Shown here in pieces: positions 19,901 to 28,298 of a stretch of DNA of 64,000 bases (positions within the stretch are counted from its first letter, which is position 1; each line of letters opens with the position of its first letter). The stretch is from Planctomycetota bacterium. GTDB taxonomy: Bacteria > Planctomycetota > UBA8108 > UBA1146. The notes beneath the pieces are model-generated. The model did not search any database. It saw nothing but the letters and a program-made list of their open reading frames with translations, and was not told the DNA's origin. The stretch spans positions 64,297 through 128,296 of the forward strand of contig JAAZXB010000005.1 in assembly GCA_014240375.1 (NCBI GenBank). The letters are read 5' to 3'. The position numbers and the translations under genes were made by a program.

Positions 19901-20011
19901 GTTGGTTCCGATGAACGCCTCGATGGCACCGGTACACTCGTCATTGAGTGCTTGTGCGAGCAGTTCTGAATTGAGCCCAAGCACCATCAAAAAGATCAGC
20001 AGAAACTTCAT
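16973..20011 (-). CDS. Large secreted protein with a proprotein-convertase P-domain-like region and C-terminal paired dockerin-like repeats
   Basis: AAGGAGG Shine-Dalgarno sequence then ATG at 20011. Signal peptide MKFLLIFLMVLGLNSELLAQA. Duplicated Cys-containing N-terminal modules (ECTGAIEAFIG / ECSGAIEAVIG). P-domain-like segment ...SPDGITVTLHAQ...IGSWTLSISDEMTGETGMLEEWCLRIYD. C-terminus NGDDTFDIGDVIFLLGYLF ... DTNDDGDLNIGDGISMLGSLF plus Cys tail. Confidence 0.65.
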   Translation of the reverse strand: MKFLLIFLMVLGLNSELLAQALNDECTGAIEAFIGTNSIDTSEATNSLEEIPTSTCPGTALGGVHGDVWYQFTPAEDGLMTITTCDTVDFDTDVIVYGGACGSLIPIACHGDTAGCLVQGTTNNWNTTLENVPVFVGETILIRIGGYYDYDIGGGTFDISMTSAPPPPPGAPENDECSGAIEAVIGDNPIDTTAASDSIDLYSSGTSCNALGVMNQDVWYRWTAPGEGSLTVSMCDIVNFDTDLVIYLGDCTAKIEVACSGDEPGCPMQGNGASYASVVEGLQVSAGEEYLIRIGGWGDGQTGTGNVNVQFVQSLIESLTLSSVPGSAEIDCEALVSGPCDSVLFAAGFVGSSQVTVNGPFVAGDLITATLPVSSIQTMIEVCATPQIGSAPGTPFCDEVAVTGPITLENCSAPLIDIPDGSEPIESIINISGDPAIILWDLQVEAHINHPDASQLVVELTSPDGITVTLHAQPTGAAGGIDLTWWQSGSPNQPPYDSGGWMQPLGDLSSFKGANPIGSWTLSISDEMTGETGMLEEWCLRIYDTAPMPNSGQDLIIGDSNNLVMVGREGSQASFGSESVMCNGGTEPLDWFANPDPRHPMMAFNMFRLDADRLIQIGGSWVKHGWSSAQANACGFGCNPSPTSTYTGVGCSDTYGASGNANQNTMGPRSEIDPWSGGFIYEGSELQSDSGPWDQVEERLAVEDDDLDPTLHPGSTWISEVSVVHPGDIDHTTNHAWEPIGVSGTPGGNWSMNMSAPSQLGTVQAAWPGASIEVVQPFPQIDGRCYLAHKVTDNGDGTWHYEYSVYNHDMGRNAGSFMVPVASDVEVSNIDFFAPTIHSFSFSNDNWSAVRDADGITWSTTDHASGTAANPIRWGFLYNFGFDADAAPESGIAILGVHSPSAIPFIEAEVATPPTAPPPPTFRRGLCNGDDTFDIGDVIFLLGYLFSNAEAPGCHDSCDTNDDGDLNIGDGISMLGSLFSGSTAPAPPGPELCGEDPTEDSLGCDQPTNGCP

Positions 20012-20105
20012 TACGATCCTCCTTTGCCATCTTCTTGGATTGTACACTCCCCGTATGATCTGGGCAGCGGCTATCTTCGGTTGCCGTGAGAGGCGGGGAA
20101 GTTCG

Positions 20106-21311
20106 ATGAGAGCGGTGACGGTACTGGGGGGCGGAATTGTCGGACTCACCCTTGCCAGGGAGTTGCGGCGTCGTGGGCTTGAGGTCGAACTTCTAGATTC
20201 TAGAAGCGTCGGCACAGGCGCAACCGGTGCAGCCACAGGAATCTTGACCCCTCCTCAACACACACGAACTCCCTTCTACCAGTTACGAACTCGAGCGTGG
20301 CAGATGTGGCCCGAATATGCCGCAGCACTTTCTGCAGAGTCCGGCATCGATGTGGGCTATCTCAGATGTGGGGCCATCGACATTCGCGAAAGGACCATCC
20401 GGAATCCACAGCGTGAACTGAGGAAGTTGCGAGATTCTGGAGGCCGGGTCGAGGTGCTCACGCGAGATCAGATTCGTCAACTTCTGCCGGATCTTGCCAG
20501 GAGTCCGGAGGCTGGATTACGGGTCGAGATGGAGGCCCGCATCGATCCTCTGGCGACCATCGAGGCACTGCGTCGAAGTTGCCACGGTGCGGGAGTGAAT
20601 ATCCGGGAAAACCTCGGGCCGATTCGCATCGAGCCGATCGGGGCTGGAGGAATCACCCTGGTCGCTACAGGGAGTATCCAATTGTCTCAGCCATCGGAGC
20701 AGAGAAGTGTGATCCTCGCAGCGGGATGGGAAAGTGTGTCCGCGGCACTGGCGGTGGCTCCCTCGCCGCTGCCACTGGAGCCGGTCCCCGGCGAGGCGAT
20801 CACCCTCGATCTCGCTGCACCGGCTCACCTGGTACATTTCAATCTGCTGCGAGAGGGGTTCAGAGATCCCTCGGGGAATCGTTCGATCTACTCGTGGATT
20901 CCCGCTCCCGGCGGAGCGTCCTGGCTCGGCAATAGTGTCGCCAGTGGGCACAGTGTTGCCAGTGGAGATCGAGTCGCCAGTGGAGATCGAGTCGAGCGAA
21001 CAGTCGGGGACCGATCATCGGCTGCCGTGGAACCGACAACAGAAGGGCGCGAGGAACTGGTCGAGGTGGCCCGGTCCATCTTCGGTGAAGATGTGGAATC
21101 GAGAATCACCGGTCATCGGGCGGGCATCCGCCCGAAAGCGACGCGCCATGGCGGACCCTTGCTCGGGAGATGGCCCGGTCGACCGCAACTGTGGGTCGCC
21201 ACTGGACACTATCGTGCTGGCTTACTGATCGGACCTGCCACCGCCACCATGGTGGTGGATTCGATGCTCGATGGATCGCCGATTCCCGAGGAGTTCCAGC
21301 TGCCCGGCTAG
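20106..21311 (+). CDS. FAD-dependent oxidoreductase (glycine/D-amino-acid oxidase, ThiO-like)
   Basis: N-terminal Rossmann VTVLGGGIVGLTLARELRRRGLEVELLD, DAO-family length, C-terminal ...GHYRAGLLIGPATA. Contains an in-frame 18-bp tandem repeat (GNSVASGHSVASGDRVASGDRV) at about 20930-20990. Confidence 0.65.
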   Translation: MRAVTVLGGGIVGLTLARELRRRGLEVELLDSRSVGTGATGAATGILTPPQHTRTPFYQLRTRAWQMWPEYAAALSAESGIDVGYLRCGAIDIRERTIRNPQRELRKLRDSGGRVEVLTRDQIRQLLPDLARSPEAGLRVEMEARIDPLATIEALRRSCHGAGVNIRENLGPIRIEPIGAGGITLVATGSIQLSQPSEQRSVILAAGWESVSAALAVAPSPLPLEPVPGEAITLDLAAPAHLVHFNLLREGFRDPSGNRSIYSWIPAPGGASWLGNSVASGHSVASGDRVASGDRVERTVGDRSSAAVEPTTEGREELVEVARSIFGEDVESRITGHRAGIRPKATRHGGPLLGRWPGRPQLWVATGHYRAGLLIGPATATMVVDSMLDGSPIPEEFQLPG

Positions 21312-21323
21312 CTTCAACCGACC

Positions 21324-22475
21324 TCACCGGGAGCTACGGAGAATCCAGGCGACCTGTTTCTTGCCGTGTCGAAGCAGTGCCAGGATCAGGTCGCCACCAC
21401 TACCGCGAAATTTGCGAGCCAACTGGGCCGGGTTCTCGGAGATTCCGCGAGTCTTGACGATGGAGATCCCTTCTCCCTGGGCTCGTAACCACCGTCGTAC
21501 CTTATCCTCACGCCATGGCATTCGTTCGACCACCTCGTAGCTCTTCAGCCATGGCGAATCGATCCGTTGATGACCGGCGAGCCAGCCGAGTCCTGGATGC
21601 AACTCTCCGATGGAGTGTCGGGAGAGTAAATGCCCGACCAGTCCCGCCCTCTCGATGGCCGAAACCGGTTCATGAATCCATGCCGGTTCGGGGTCAGTAA
21701 AGAGGTCGAGCCGCTGCTCCTCGCCGCTGATCGATTCTCCACTCGGCAGCAGGGTGGCTCGTCGCCGCTGTCCTCCATCGAAAGATCCGCGCCACAAGGT
21801 GGCTTCGACCAGGTCTCCACTCTCCTGGATGAACTCCACCTCGCCCGCCGGCAGTTGAGAGACATCCACTCCGGGGCCGCACTTGAGGGCGAGATCCGGG
21901 TGTCTTTCCATCAGCACCTCGAGAACATCAGGGCCGGGGAGCATCTCCGGGTAACTGTGACGGCGCCGACCGTCGAGGCGTCGGTCTGGATCGATATGAA
22001 GCGGTAAGGGGGTGAGCGGGAGTGCCGCCGCATCGGCGGTCACCGCATCGCCTTTGCCTCCGGTCAGTCGGACATTGGCCCTGGCCAGGGTCAAGCGAAG
22101 ACGATCACGATCGACCATCACGACCGGCCCTCCCTGCGACAGAGCGATCGAGTCGCTGCCGATTCCGCAGCACAGATCGATCACCGGGGACTCGCCACAG
22201 GCCTGTCGGATGCGATCGGCCTTGTGGCGGGCGACCGCCGAGCGGGTCGCTTGTTGCACCGCCTCGGCGGTGACCCATAGCCGCTCTGCCTGGTCGATGC
22301 GGCCGGTGGCGCGGCGTCGAGCGTCCCACAGCGACAGCACTGCGGCGACTTCGTCGCGGCTGCCATACTTGCGCAACTGCGACAGTTGCGACAGGCGACC
22401 CGGCTCGACGCCACGTGCGGCGAGCAGTAACGGATCGAGTTCTCCAGCGAGCAGTCGGGTCCAGATCGGGTCCAT
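21324..22475 (-). CDS. Class I SAM-dependent methyltransferase (RNA guanine-N2-methyltransferase-like)
   Basis: Motif I VIDLCCGIGSDSIAL. ATG at 22475 (MDPIWTRLL). The ORF is open further upstream, but that stretch is low-complexity. Confidence 0.55.
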   Translation of the reverse strand: MDPIWTRLLAGELDPLLLAARGVEPGRLSQLSQLRKYGSRDEVAAVLSLWDARRRATGRIDQAERLWVTAEAVQQATRSAVARHKADRIRQACGESPVIDLCCGIGSDSIALSQGGPVVMVDRDRLRLTLARANVRLTGGKGDAVTADAAALPLTPLPLHIDPDRRLDGRRRHSYPEMLPGPDVLEVLMERHPDLALKCGPGVDVSQLPAGEVEFIQESGDLVEATLWRGSFDGGQRRRATLLPSGESISGEEQRLDLFTDPEPAWIHEPVSAIERAGLVGHLLSRHSIGELHPGLGWLAGHQRIDSPWLKSYEVVERMPWREDKVRRWLRAQGEGISIVKTRGISENPAQLARKFRGSGGDLILALLRHGKKQVAWILRSSR

Positions 22476-22517
22476 GTGCAAATCGTAGGGAATTCCGCTG
22501 CCAGGTGGGCGAATTGG

Positions 22518-22539
22518 AGCACTATTTTTTTGTTTGGGT
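22518..22539. promoter_or_regulatory. Palindromic candidate operator TTTGTTTGG-gttg-CCAAACAAA in the divergent promoter region upstream of the 22650/feoB operon
   Basis: Perfect 9-bp inverted arms with a 4-nt spacer. A near-identical core GTTTGGgctgCCAAAC recurs at 27655..27670, upstream of the DtxR-like regulator. Confidence 0.4.
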
Positions 22540-22649
22540 TGCCAAACAAACAGGTTCGTGGTCCCTTGTGGAGGATGGAAGGCATCGCTCGATGCACCGC
22601 TGGAACGGCACAGGGGGCGAGCAACAGAGCGATCGAGGAAGGGATTTAG

Positions 22650-23093
22650 ATGGGGCAACAAGTGGGCTCTCCTCTGGCGAAAAGGCTCTGCTGGCTGCTG
22701 GTGGTCGCCACTGTGACCTCGGGGTGGTCACCCGGCTGGGCCCAGCAGGGGATTCTCGATGGAGATCTCGATGGCGAGTCGGGGGTCCAGCGGATGAGAG
22801 ATGTGCAGATCGGTGGTTACTTTGATCTGGAACTCTTCATCGACTCGAATCGCTTCGATTTCCGTATCCATCCACGGGTGCCGCTGCTGGATGCCATGGT
22901 CACCGAGCATGTTCACTTCCCCTGCGAGATCGAGTTCGAGTACGGCGGACCGCCGATGGCGACCGTTGAAGGAGATGTCAAGGTCGAGTACGCCGATGTC
23001 GATCCGTTGCTGGATCGAGTTCCCGGGGCTACGGCCCTGATCCTGGTCGCAGGGGAAAAGAGCGCGCGCGGCTACCGGAAGTCAGGTCACTGA
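22650..23093 (+). CDS. Hypothetical secreted protein, translationally coupled to feoB
   Basis: Signal-like N-terminus LCWLLVVATVTSGWSPGWAQQ. Its stop overlaps the feoB start (TGATG). No recognisable family. Confidence 0.45.
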   Translation: MGQQVGSPLAKRLCWLLVVATVTSGWSPGWAQQGILDGDLDGESGVQRMRDVQIGGYFDLELFIDSNRFDFRIHPRVPLLDAMVTEHVHFPCEIEFEYGGPPMATVEGDVKVEYADVDPLLDRVPGATALILVAGEKSARGYRKSGH

Positions 23094-25051
23094 TGGTCAG
23101 CGAATCCACCGATGCGCCGCTACACATCACACTTGTGGGGAATCCCAACGTCGGAAAGAGCACTCTTTTCAATGCTCTGGTGGGGGCCAATTCGAGAATT
23201 TCCAACTACCCAGGGATCACTGCGGATTCGGTGATCGGTGAGTTTTTCGGTGCCCAGCAATTACGCATCGTCACCGACTTGCCGGGAACCTATAGCCTCG
23301 AACTCAATCTTCCCGAGGCTCAACTGTGTCACCAGCACTTGAAATTCGATGTACCGCCGCAAAGCGAGCAACAGAATCTGATCATCGTGGTCATCGAAGC
23401 GGTGGGATTCCCGAGAAATTTTCAGCTTCTGGCACAGTTGATGGCACTGGGAGTTCCGATGGCTGTGGTGGTGACGAAAACTGCCGAGGCGCAACTTCGT
23501 GGTTACCAGATCCAGTTGCAGGCGTTGGAAGAGTCGCTGGGAATTCCGGTGGTCGAGGCTGCGGAGAAATCGGCGATGCGGACCCTCGATGTGGAAGCGC
23601 TGATCGCTGCCGCGCGGATTCCCACGCCGGTTCACCCAGACCAGGAATCGATCGAGCAGTGGAGTTCAGATCTGCTGGCGAAGACAAGTCTTCCGGTCCG
23701 TCCCGAGCAGGCTCGCAGAAGGCGAAGAAGAGATGATCGACTCGACCGTGTGCTGGTTCATCCCATCGCCGGTTCTGTTCTGTTCTTGCTGGCGATGATC
23801 TGCATGTTTGGATCGGTCTACTGGATGGCCCAGGTACCGATGGAGTGGATCGATGTGGCATTTGGAACCGTCGGGGGGTGGATCTCCACTTCGATGGAAG
23901 ATGGTCCGTTGCGTGGATTGCTGGTGGACGGAGTCATCGGTGGAATCTCGGGAACGATGGTCTTTCTGCCGCAAATCCTGCTGCTCTTCTTTCTCATCTC
24001 CTTGCTGGAAGAAACCGGGTACATGGCGCGAGCCGCATTCGTCGCCGATCGCTGGCTTCGGCCCTTCGGCTTGCCGGGACAGGCGTTCGTACCGCTCCTT
24101 TCGAGTCATGCCTGTGCGATTCCAGGAATCCTCTGTACCCGGCTGATCCCCGATCGAAGAGATCGGCTCGCCACCATCCTGGTGGCGCCGTTCCTCTCCT
24201 GTTCGGCGCGGTTACCGGTGTACATCTTGATGGTCGGGATCCTCGCCCCGACCAATCCACTGGTCGCGGGCTGCGTATTCGTCGGCTGCTACCTGCTCGG
24301 AGCTTTGGTGGCAGTGGGATCTGCGGGTCTGGTCCGCAAGACCCTGTTGACCGGACCCAGTCTGCCGATGGTGCTGGAACTACCACCGTACCGCTTGCCG
24401 TCGATCGGAGATGCCGCTCGCATCGCCATCGATCGAGGATGGACCTTCTTGAAGAATGCCGGCTCGGTGATCCTGCTGATCTGTATCGCCTTGTGGTGGC
24501 TCAGTGCTTATCCGACGACGCCAGAAGGTCCGGAGATCGAGGCACTTCGTGTCGCCGCAGAAGCCCACTCCGATCCGGGGGAGTCACAACGGTTGCTGGA
24601 CCAGGCGCAGTCTCTCCATCTGAGGGAGTCTGCGAGGGGATCCTACGCCGGACAACTGGGTCGCTGGATCGAGCCTGTTCTGGCCCCGATCGGTGCAGAC
24701 TGGCAACTGTCGGTGGCGATCCTGGCGAGTTTTGCTGCGAGAGAAGTGTTCGTCTCTTCACTCAATGTGATGGTGGGGGTCAGAGAAGAGGAGGCTGCAG
24801 CGAGTTCCATCGCTCGAATTCGAGCATCGACACGAGATGATGGATCGCCGTTGCTTCCTCCTGCGGCTGCTGGAGGACTGCTGGTCTTCTACATCCTGGC
24901 GATGCAGTGCTTGCCGACCCTGGTGGTGACCAGTCGTGAGGCGGGAGGGATCCGCTGGGCGTTGCTACAATTGATCTGGATGACATCTGTAGCGTGGATC
25001 CTCGGAGTGGTGGCACGTCAGTGGATGCTGGCCGCGGGATTTTCTGGATGA
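23093..25051 (+). CDS. feoB: Ferrous iron transport protein B
   Basis: 652 aa. N-terminal G-domain GNPNVGKSTLFNAL, then the polytopic membrane domain with the gate motifs of FeoB. TGA stop. Confidence 0.9.
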   Translation: MVSESTDAPLHITLVGNPNVGKSTLFNALVGANSRISNYPGITADSVIGEFFGAQQLRIVTDLPGTYSLELNLPEAQLCHQHLKFDVPPQSEQQNLIIVVIEAVGFPRNFQLLAQLMALGVPMAVVVTKTAEAQLRGYQIQLQALEESLGIPVVEAAEKSAMRTLDVEALIAAARIPTPVHPDQESIEQWSSDLLAKTSLPVRPEQARRRRRRDDRLDRVLVHPIAGSVLFLLAMICMFGSVYWMAQVPMEWIDVAFGTVGGWISTSMEDGPLRGLLVDGVIGGISGTMVFLPQILLLFFLISLLEETGYMARAAFVADRWLRPFGLPGQAFVPLLSSHACAIPGILCTRLIPDRRDRLATILVAPFLSCSARLPVYILMVGILAPTNPLVAGCVFVGCYLLGALVAVGSAGLVRKTLLTGPSLPMVLELPPYRLPSIGDAARIAIDRGWTFLKNAGSVILLICIALWWLSAYPTTPEGPEIEALRVAAEAHSDPGESQRLLDQAQSLHLRESARGSYAGQLGRWIEPVLAPIGADWQLSVAILASFAAREVFVSSLNVMVGVREEEAAASSIARIRASTRDDGSPLLPPAAAGGLLVFYILAMQCLPTLVVTSREAGGIRWALLQLIWMTSVAWILGVVARQWMLAAGFSG

Positions 25052-25194
25052 GCGATTTCCCCCTCTCCGATCCTCAGTTCTGGTGGGTGACGCTACTGGC
25101 CGTGGCAGCGGTGGTACTGCTGATCGTGAAACGAGTTCGTCAGTCGAACGATCAGGACCAGAACGGTTCTTGCGGTGGTTGTTCCACGAAATAG
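25048..25194 (+). CDS. FeoB-associated Cys-rich small membrane protein
   Basis: 48 aa. Start ATG overlaps the feoB stop (ATGA). Single TM helix (WWVTLLAVAAVVLLIV) followed by GSCGGCS. Matches the FeoB-associated Cys-rich peptide family. Confidence 0.6.
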   Translation: MSDFPLSDPQFWWVTLLAVAAVVLLIVKRVRQSNDQDQNGSCGGCSTK

Positions 25195-25291
25195 CCGCGG
25201 TTGGCGCTGGAACTCTATCCCATTCAATGTTTGGATGCCGAGGGTTCACTGCTCTGAATCGTTTCGGAAATCAAGTTAGGAGTCCTGTCCA

Positions 25292-26473
25292 ATGAAGATG
25301 ATTGCTACTCATGCATTTCTCTTGCTGAAGGTGACCATCCTCCTTTGCATCGCGCCGATCCACGGTTCCGCATCGACAGTGGTGATTCTCGACGATCCAG
25401 CTCCCGCGGTGGTTACCAAGGCACAGGAGACTGCCGCACGCAATGCGCTGGACAAGATGCAGAAGCGGATGGATGAGGCGTGGACCGAGTACCTGGCCCC
25501 GCTGCGAGAAGCGAAGACTGCCGAGGAACGAGATGCCATCGAATTGGATCCAGAAAAGGATCCGGGTGTGATGTTCCTGCCTGAATTGTTCAAGTTCAGC
25601 AGTGACCATCCGGGGACTGCTGCGTGTCTCGAAGCTCTTTCTCAGGTGATCTCGATGGCCTCGCGAGATGAAAAGAACCGCTGGATGCTCAAGCAGGTGG
25701 TCGATCGGATCATCCTCGAATACATCGAGCATGAAGAACTCAAGGATCTGGTGCGCTTTGGTCATTACAACCCACCTTCTCCAGAAAACTTGTCATTGCT
25801 GAGAGCGGCTGCCGACCGATCTCCTCACCGAACCGTTCAGGGCTCTGCTTTCTATGCTCTTGGAAAACTGCTCGGATCTTCAGAAGAGACGAGAGCCGAG
25901 GGGAAGCAACTCCTCCAACGGGTCCAGAAGGAGTATGCGGATGTGCCATTTTTTCGGGAGACCACCTATGGCGAGAAGGTCGCAGGAGATCTGTTTGAAC
26001 TGGATCATCTGCAGGTCGGGCAAGTGGCGCCAGAGATCATCGGTACCGGACTCGATGGGGATCTGATGCAACTCTCCGCGTTTCGCGGCAAGGTGGTACT
26101 GCTCGATTTCTGGGGTGATTGGTGAGGCCCTTGCCGGGCGATGTACCCACACGAGCGGTCGCTCGTGAAGAAACACTCCGCGGATCAATTTGCCATCGTC
26201 GGGGTCAACTCGGAGAATACCATCGAAGCTGCTCGCGAAGCGGTGAAGAAAAACAAGCTGACCTGGAAGAACTTCTACGATGGGGGTGGGGCCAACCCCA
26301 CCTCTGGTCCCATCGCCACTCGCTGGAATGTCAGCGGCTGGCCCACCACCTATCTTCTCGATGAAAATGGCGTGATTCGCTACAAGGATGTCCGAGGTGA
26401 AACTCTCGACGCAGCACTCGAGACTCTGATCGATCAGTGGAAGGCGGCCCGGGAGGCGGAGGCGAAACTCTAG
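25292..26473 (+). CDS. Secreted TlpA-like thiol:disulfide oxidoreductase selenoprotein candidate. In-frame UGA (26123..26125) gives a UxxC motif (FWGDW-U-GPC-RAM).
   Basis: ORFs 25292..26125 and 26141..26473 share a frame across a single TGA. The joined sequence FRGKVVLLDFWGDW[U]GPCRAMYPHERSLVKKHSADQFAIVGVNSE...WPTTYLLDENGVIRYK is a textbook TlpA/ResA domain with TGA at the first Cys. Hairpin ACGAGCG-gt-CGCTCGT at 26151..26166, 26 nt 3' of the UGA. Signal peptide MKMIATHAFLLLKVTILLCIAPIHGSAS. TAG stop. Confidence 0.7.
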
Positions 26474-26561
26474 CGATCACTCAGGCGAGTTCGTCGTCGA
26501 TCGAGGAGCGTTGTGCCCTATGGGACAACGATTCGATCGAGCCCCCTGACCCGGATGGAGT

Positions 26562-26604
26562 GGGGAGGGAGCAGCCGGTTCCGGCTGTTTCCTCCCCTTT
26601 CTTC
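26562..26604 (+). terminator. Candidate rho-independent terminator after the 25292..26473 gene
   Basis: Nested GC stem GGGGAGGGAGCAGCCGG-tt-CCGGCTGTTTCCTCCCC followed by TTTCTTCG. Confidence 0.45.
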
Positions 26605-27103
26605 GAATCGGAGCCCACCCACAGTTCCTCGAAACCAGCGATTCCTCAAGACCAGCGATCGAACCGAGGGACAGACGCAGCAGCAGCAGGCTGCCGCCTA
26701 GCATCCACCCTAGCGGAGTCCGCGAATCGCTGGCGTTTCATGCTGAAGCCACCAGGGGGCGAACCGGGTCAGCAGCAGGGAACCGTATCCGAGCAATGAC
26801 AGCGTGATCTTTGGACCTTCGCTCCACGGAGTCCGTTCGATTCGATGCAGGAGCACGAAGAGCAGTAGTGCGAGTGAGATGCTGGGGTCGTGGATGCTGG
26901 GGTCGTGGATGATGGCGAGCATCTACTGCGGTGAATCCACCGGAGCGTCCCGAATACTGAAGAAGTGCCACGAATCCACCGAGCAGGACCGTCAGCAAGA
27001 ACAGGGTCAGGAGTACTTGCGTCGATGGATTGACCCTGGCCAGGGTCAAGCGGGCTTGCTTGTAGAATCGAGTCACTGGACCGGTGCGCCCGTGAGATTG
27101 AAG

Positions 27104-27508
27104 CTATGAAGGGACGGGAATGGCGAGGATCGAGGAAGCGACCTGCTCACTGATTCCGACACGGCTTCCATCGATATCGAGGATGCAGGTCCCTCTCGAT
27201 TGACACAGGTGAAGATCGCAGTCGTTGCACAGGCCCATCGCTTCGAGCAGGGGCCGGTGGGATTCGGGCACCGATTCGCGAACCAGACGGATCCGTTGGC
27301 CTCGATTCAGATCCCTCAGCAAGCGGGGAGCGACAGGGGAGAAGTCGATGGTAGATGAGCGAGGAGTAGATGAGTGAGGAGTAGATGAGTGAGGAGTAGA
27401 TGAGTGAGGAGTAGATGAGTGAGGAGTAGATGAGTCGACAATCCGGGACTGCTGCGGGAGGGAGGTGGAGCCCAGCGGATCCTGGTTGGAGTTTTCTCGA
27501 AACATCAA
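27104..27508 (-). CDS. feoA: FeoA-family (SH3-like) small protein with an N-terminal (SSTPH)x5 repeat and a CxxC-containing core
   Basis: C-terminal GQRIRLVRESVPESHRPLLEAMGLCNDCDLHLCQSRGTCILDIDGSRVGISEQVASSI fits the FeoA pattern (G.R..V.......rL..mGl.pG..i.v.....i.v.g..i.l....A..I). In-frame 15-bp tandem repeat at about 27355-27430. Divergent from the DtxR-like gene. Confidence 0.55.
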   Translation of the reverse strand: MMFRENSNQDPLGSTSLPQQSRIVDSSTPHSSTPHSSTPHSSTPHSSTPRSSTIDFSPVAPRLLRDLNRGQRIRLVRESVPESHRPLLEAMGLCNDCDLHLCQSRGTCILDIDGSRVGISEQVASSILAIPVPS

Positions 27509-27654
27509 TTCCTCCTCGAAAGGCCTGGATCGCCAGAAATGGCGGATTGTCTCACCGCTCCGGTGCGGCTACCCTTGTCAGGTGCTCTGGCACCGGCGGC
27601 AAGTCCGCTCTCATGAATGAGAGTGTAGCGATCTGTTCGGGGGGGTGTCAACAT

Positions 27655-27670
27655 GTTTGGGCTGCCAAAC
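27655..27670. promoter_or_regulatory. Palindromic candidate operator GTTTGG-gctg-CCAAAC (extended arms acaTGTTTGG / CCAAACttgt) in the feoA / DtxR-like divergent promoter
   Basis: Same core as 22521..22536 upstream of the feoB operon. 80-95 bp upstream of the regulator start at 27750. Confidence 0.4.
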
Positions 27671-27749
27671 TTGTCGGCTGTAATAGCCACCAAGGGTGCC
27701 AATGCTGGCCTTTGCGGCGAGTTCTGGCTCTGACCTTTCAGGAGGATTC

Positions 27750-28298
27750 GTGAGCGACTGGCGAGAATTCGAGCAGAATCCCGTAAGCCACTCGGCGGCA
27801 CATCACCTGACCACCATCCAGTGGCTCCTCGATGATCAGGGATATGCCCGCGTCTCCGATGTGGCGAGGCACCTGGGCATCACCCGAGGCAGTGTCTCGG
27901 TCACACTCAAGGGGCTGCGCCAGCGAGGCCTGGTGGTCGAGGATGATCACAAGCACCTTTCTCTGTCGGAGGAAGGAGTTCAAATCGCCCGAGGAATTCG
28001 AACCAAGCGGGTCCTGATCCAGGCACTTTTTCGTGAAGTACTGGGAGTTCCCGACGAGGTGGCAGAACAAGATGCCTGCAAGGTCGAGCACCTCATCAGC
28101 GACCAGACCGCAGAAGCTACCGGTGGTTTCCTGGTCGGGTTGGAGAAGATCTCCTCCGACTCGCAGTGGACTCACTTGCTCGAATCTCTTCAGCGGCTAG
28201 CCGCTGCCACTCCTGCCTCCTTCCCGGGCAGTGCGACGCAAGAGCTGGCTCTTCGACTCGAGAAGAAGGACCCCCAAGGTGAGGATCAACCATCATGA
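27750..28298 (+). CDS. DtxR/MntR-family metal-dependent transcriptional repressor (two-domain form, no SH3 tail)
   Basis: AGGAGGA Shine-Dalgarno sequence then GTG at 27750. HTH and metal-site region HHLTTIQWLLDDQGYARVSDVARHLGITRGSVSVTLKGLRQRGLVVEDDHKHLSLSEEG. Confidence 0.75.
   Translation: MSDWREFEQNPVSHSAAHHLTTIQWLLDDQGYARVSDVARHLGITRGSVSVTLKGLRQRGLVVEDDHKHLSLSEEGVQIARGIRTKRVLIQALFREVLGVPDEVAEQDACKVEHLISDQTAEATGGFLVGLEKISSDSQWTHLLESLQRLAAATPASFPGSATQELALRLEKKDPQGEDQPS

Noticed and set aside
9277-26125. Alternative explanation of in-frame TGAs as a reassigned genetic code (TGA=Trp or Gly)
   Set aside because: Many well-supported genes here terminate with TGA (feoB, MopB subunit, several amidohydrolases). 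The recoded TGAs also align specifically with active-site Cys columns and are followed by hairpins, which fits Sec and not global reassignment.
26710-27076. Two overlapping minus-strand small ORFs with TM-like segments and a 15-bp x2 repeat, between the Sec-TlpA gene and feoA
   Set aside because: Frames overlap each other, neither has a convincing Shine-Dalgarno/start, and there is no family resemblance. Left unannotated.
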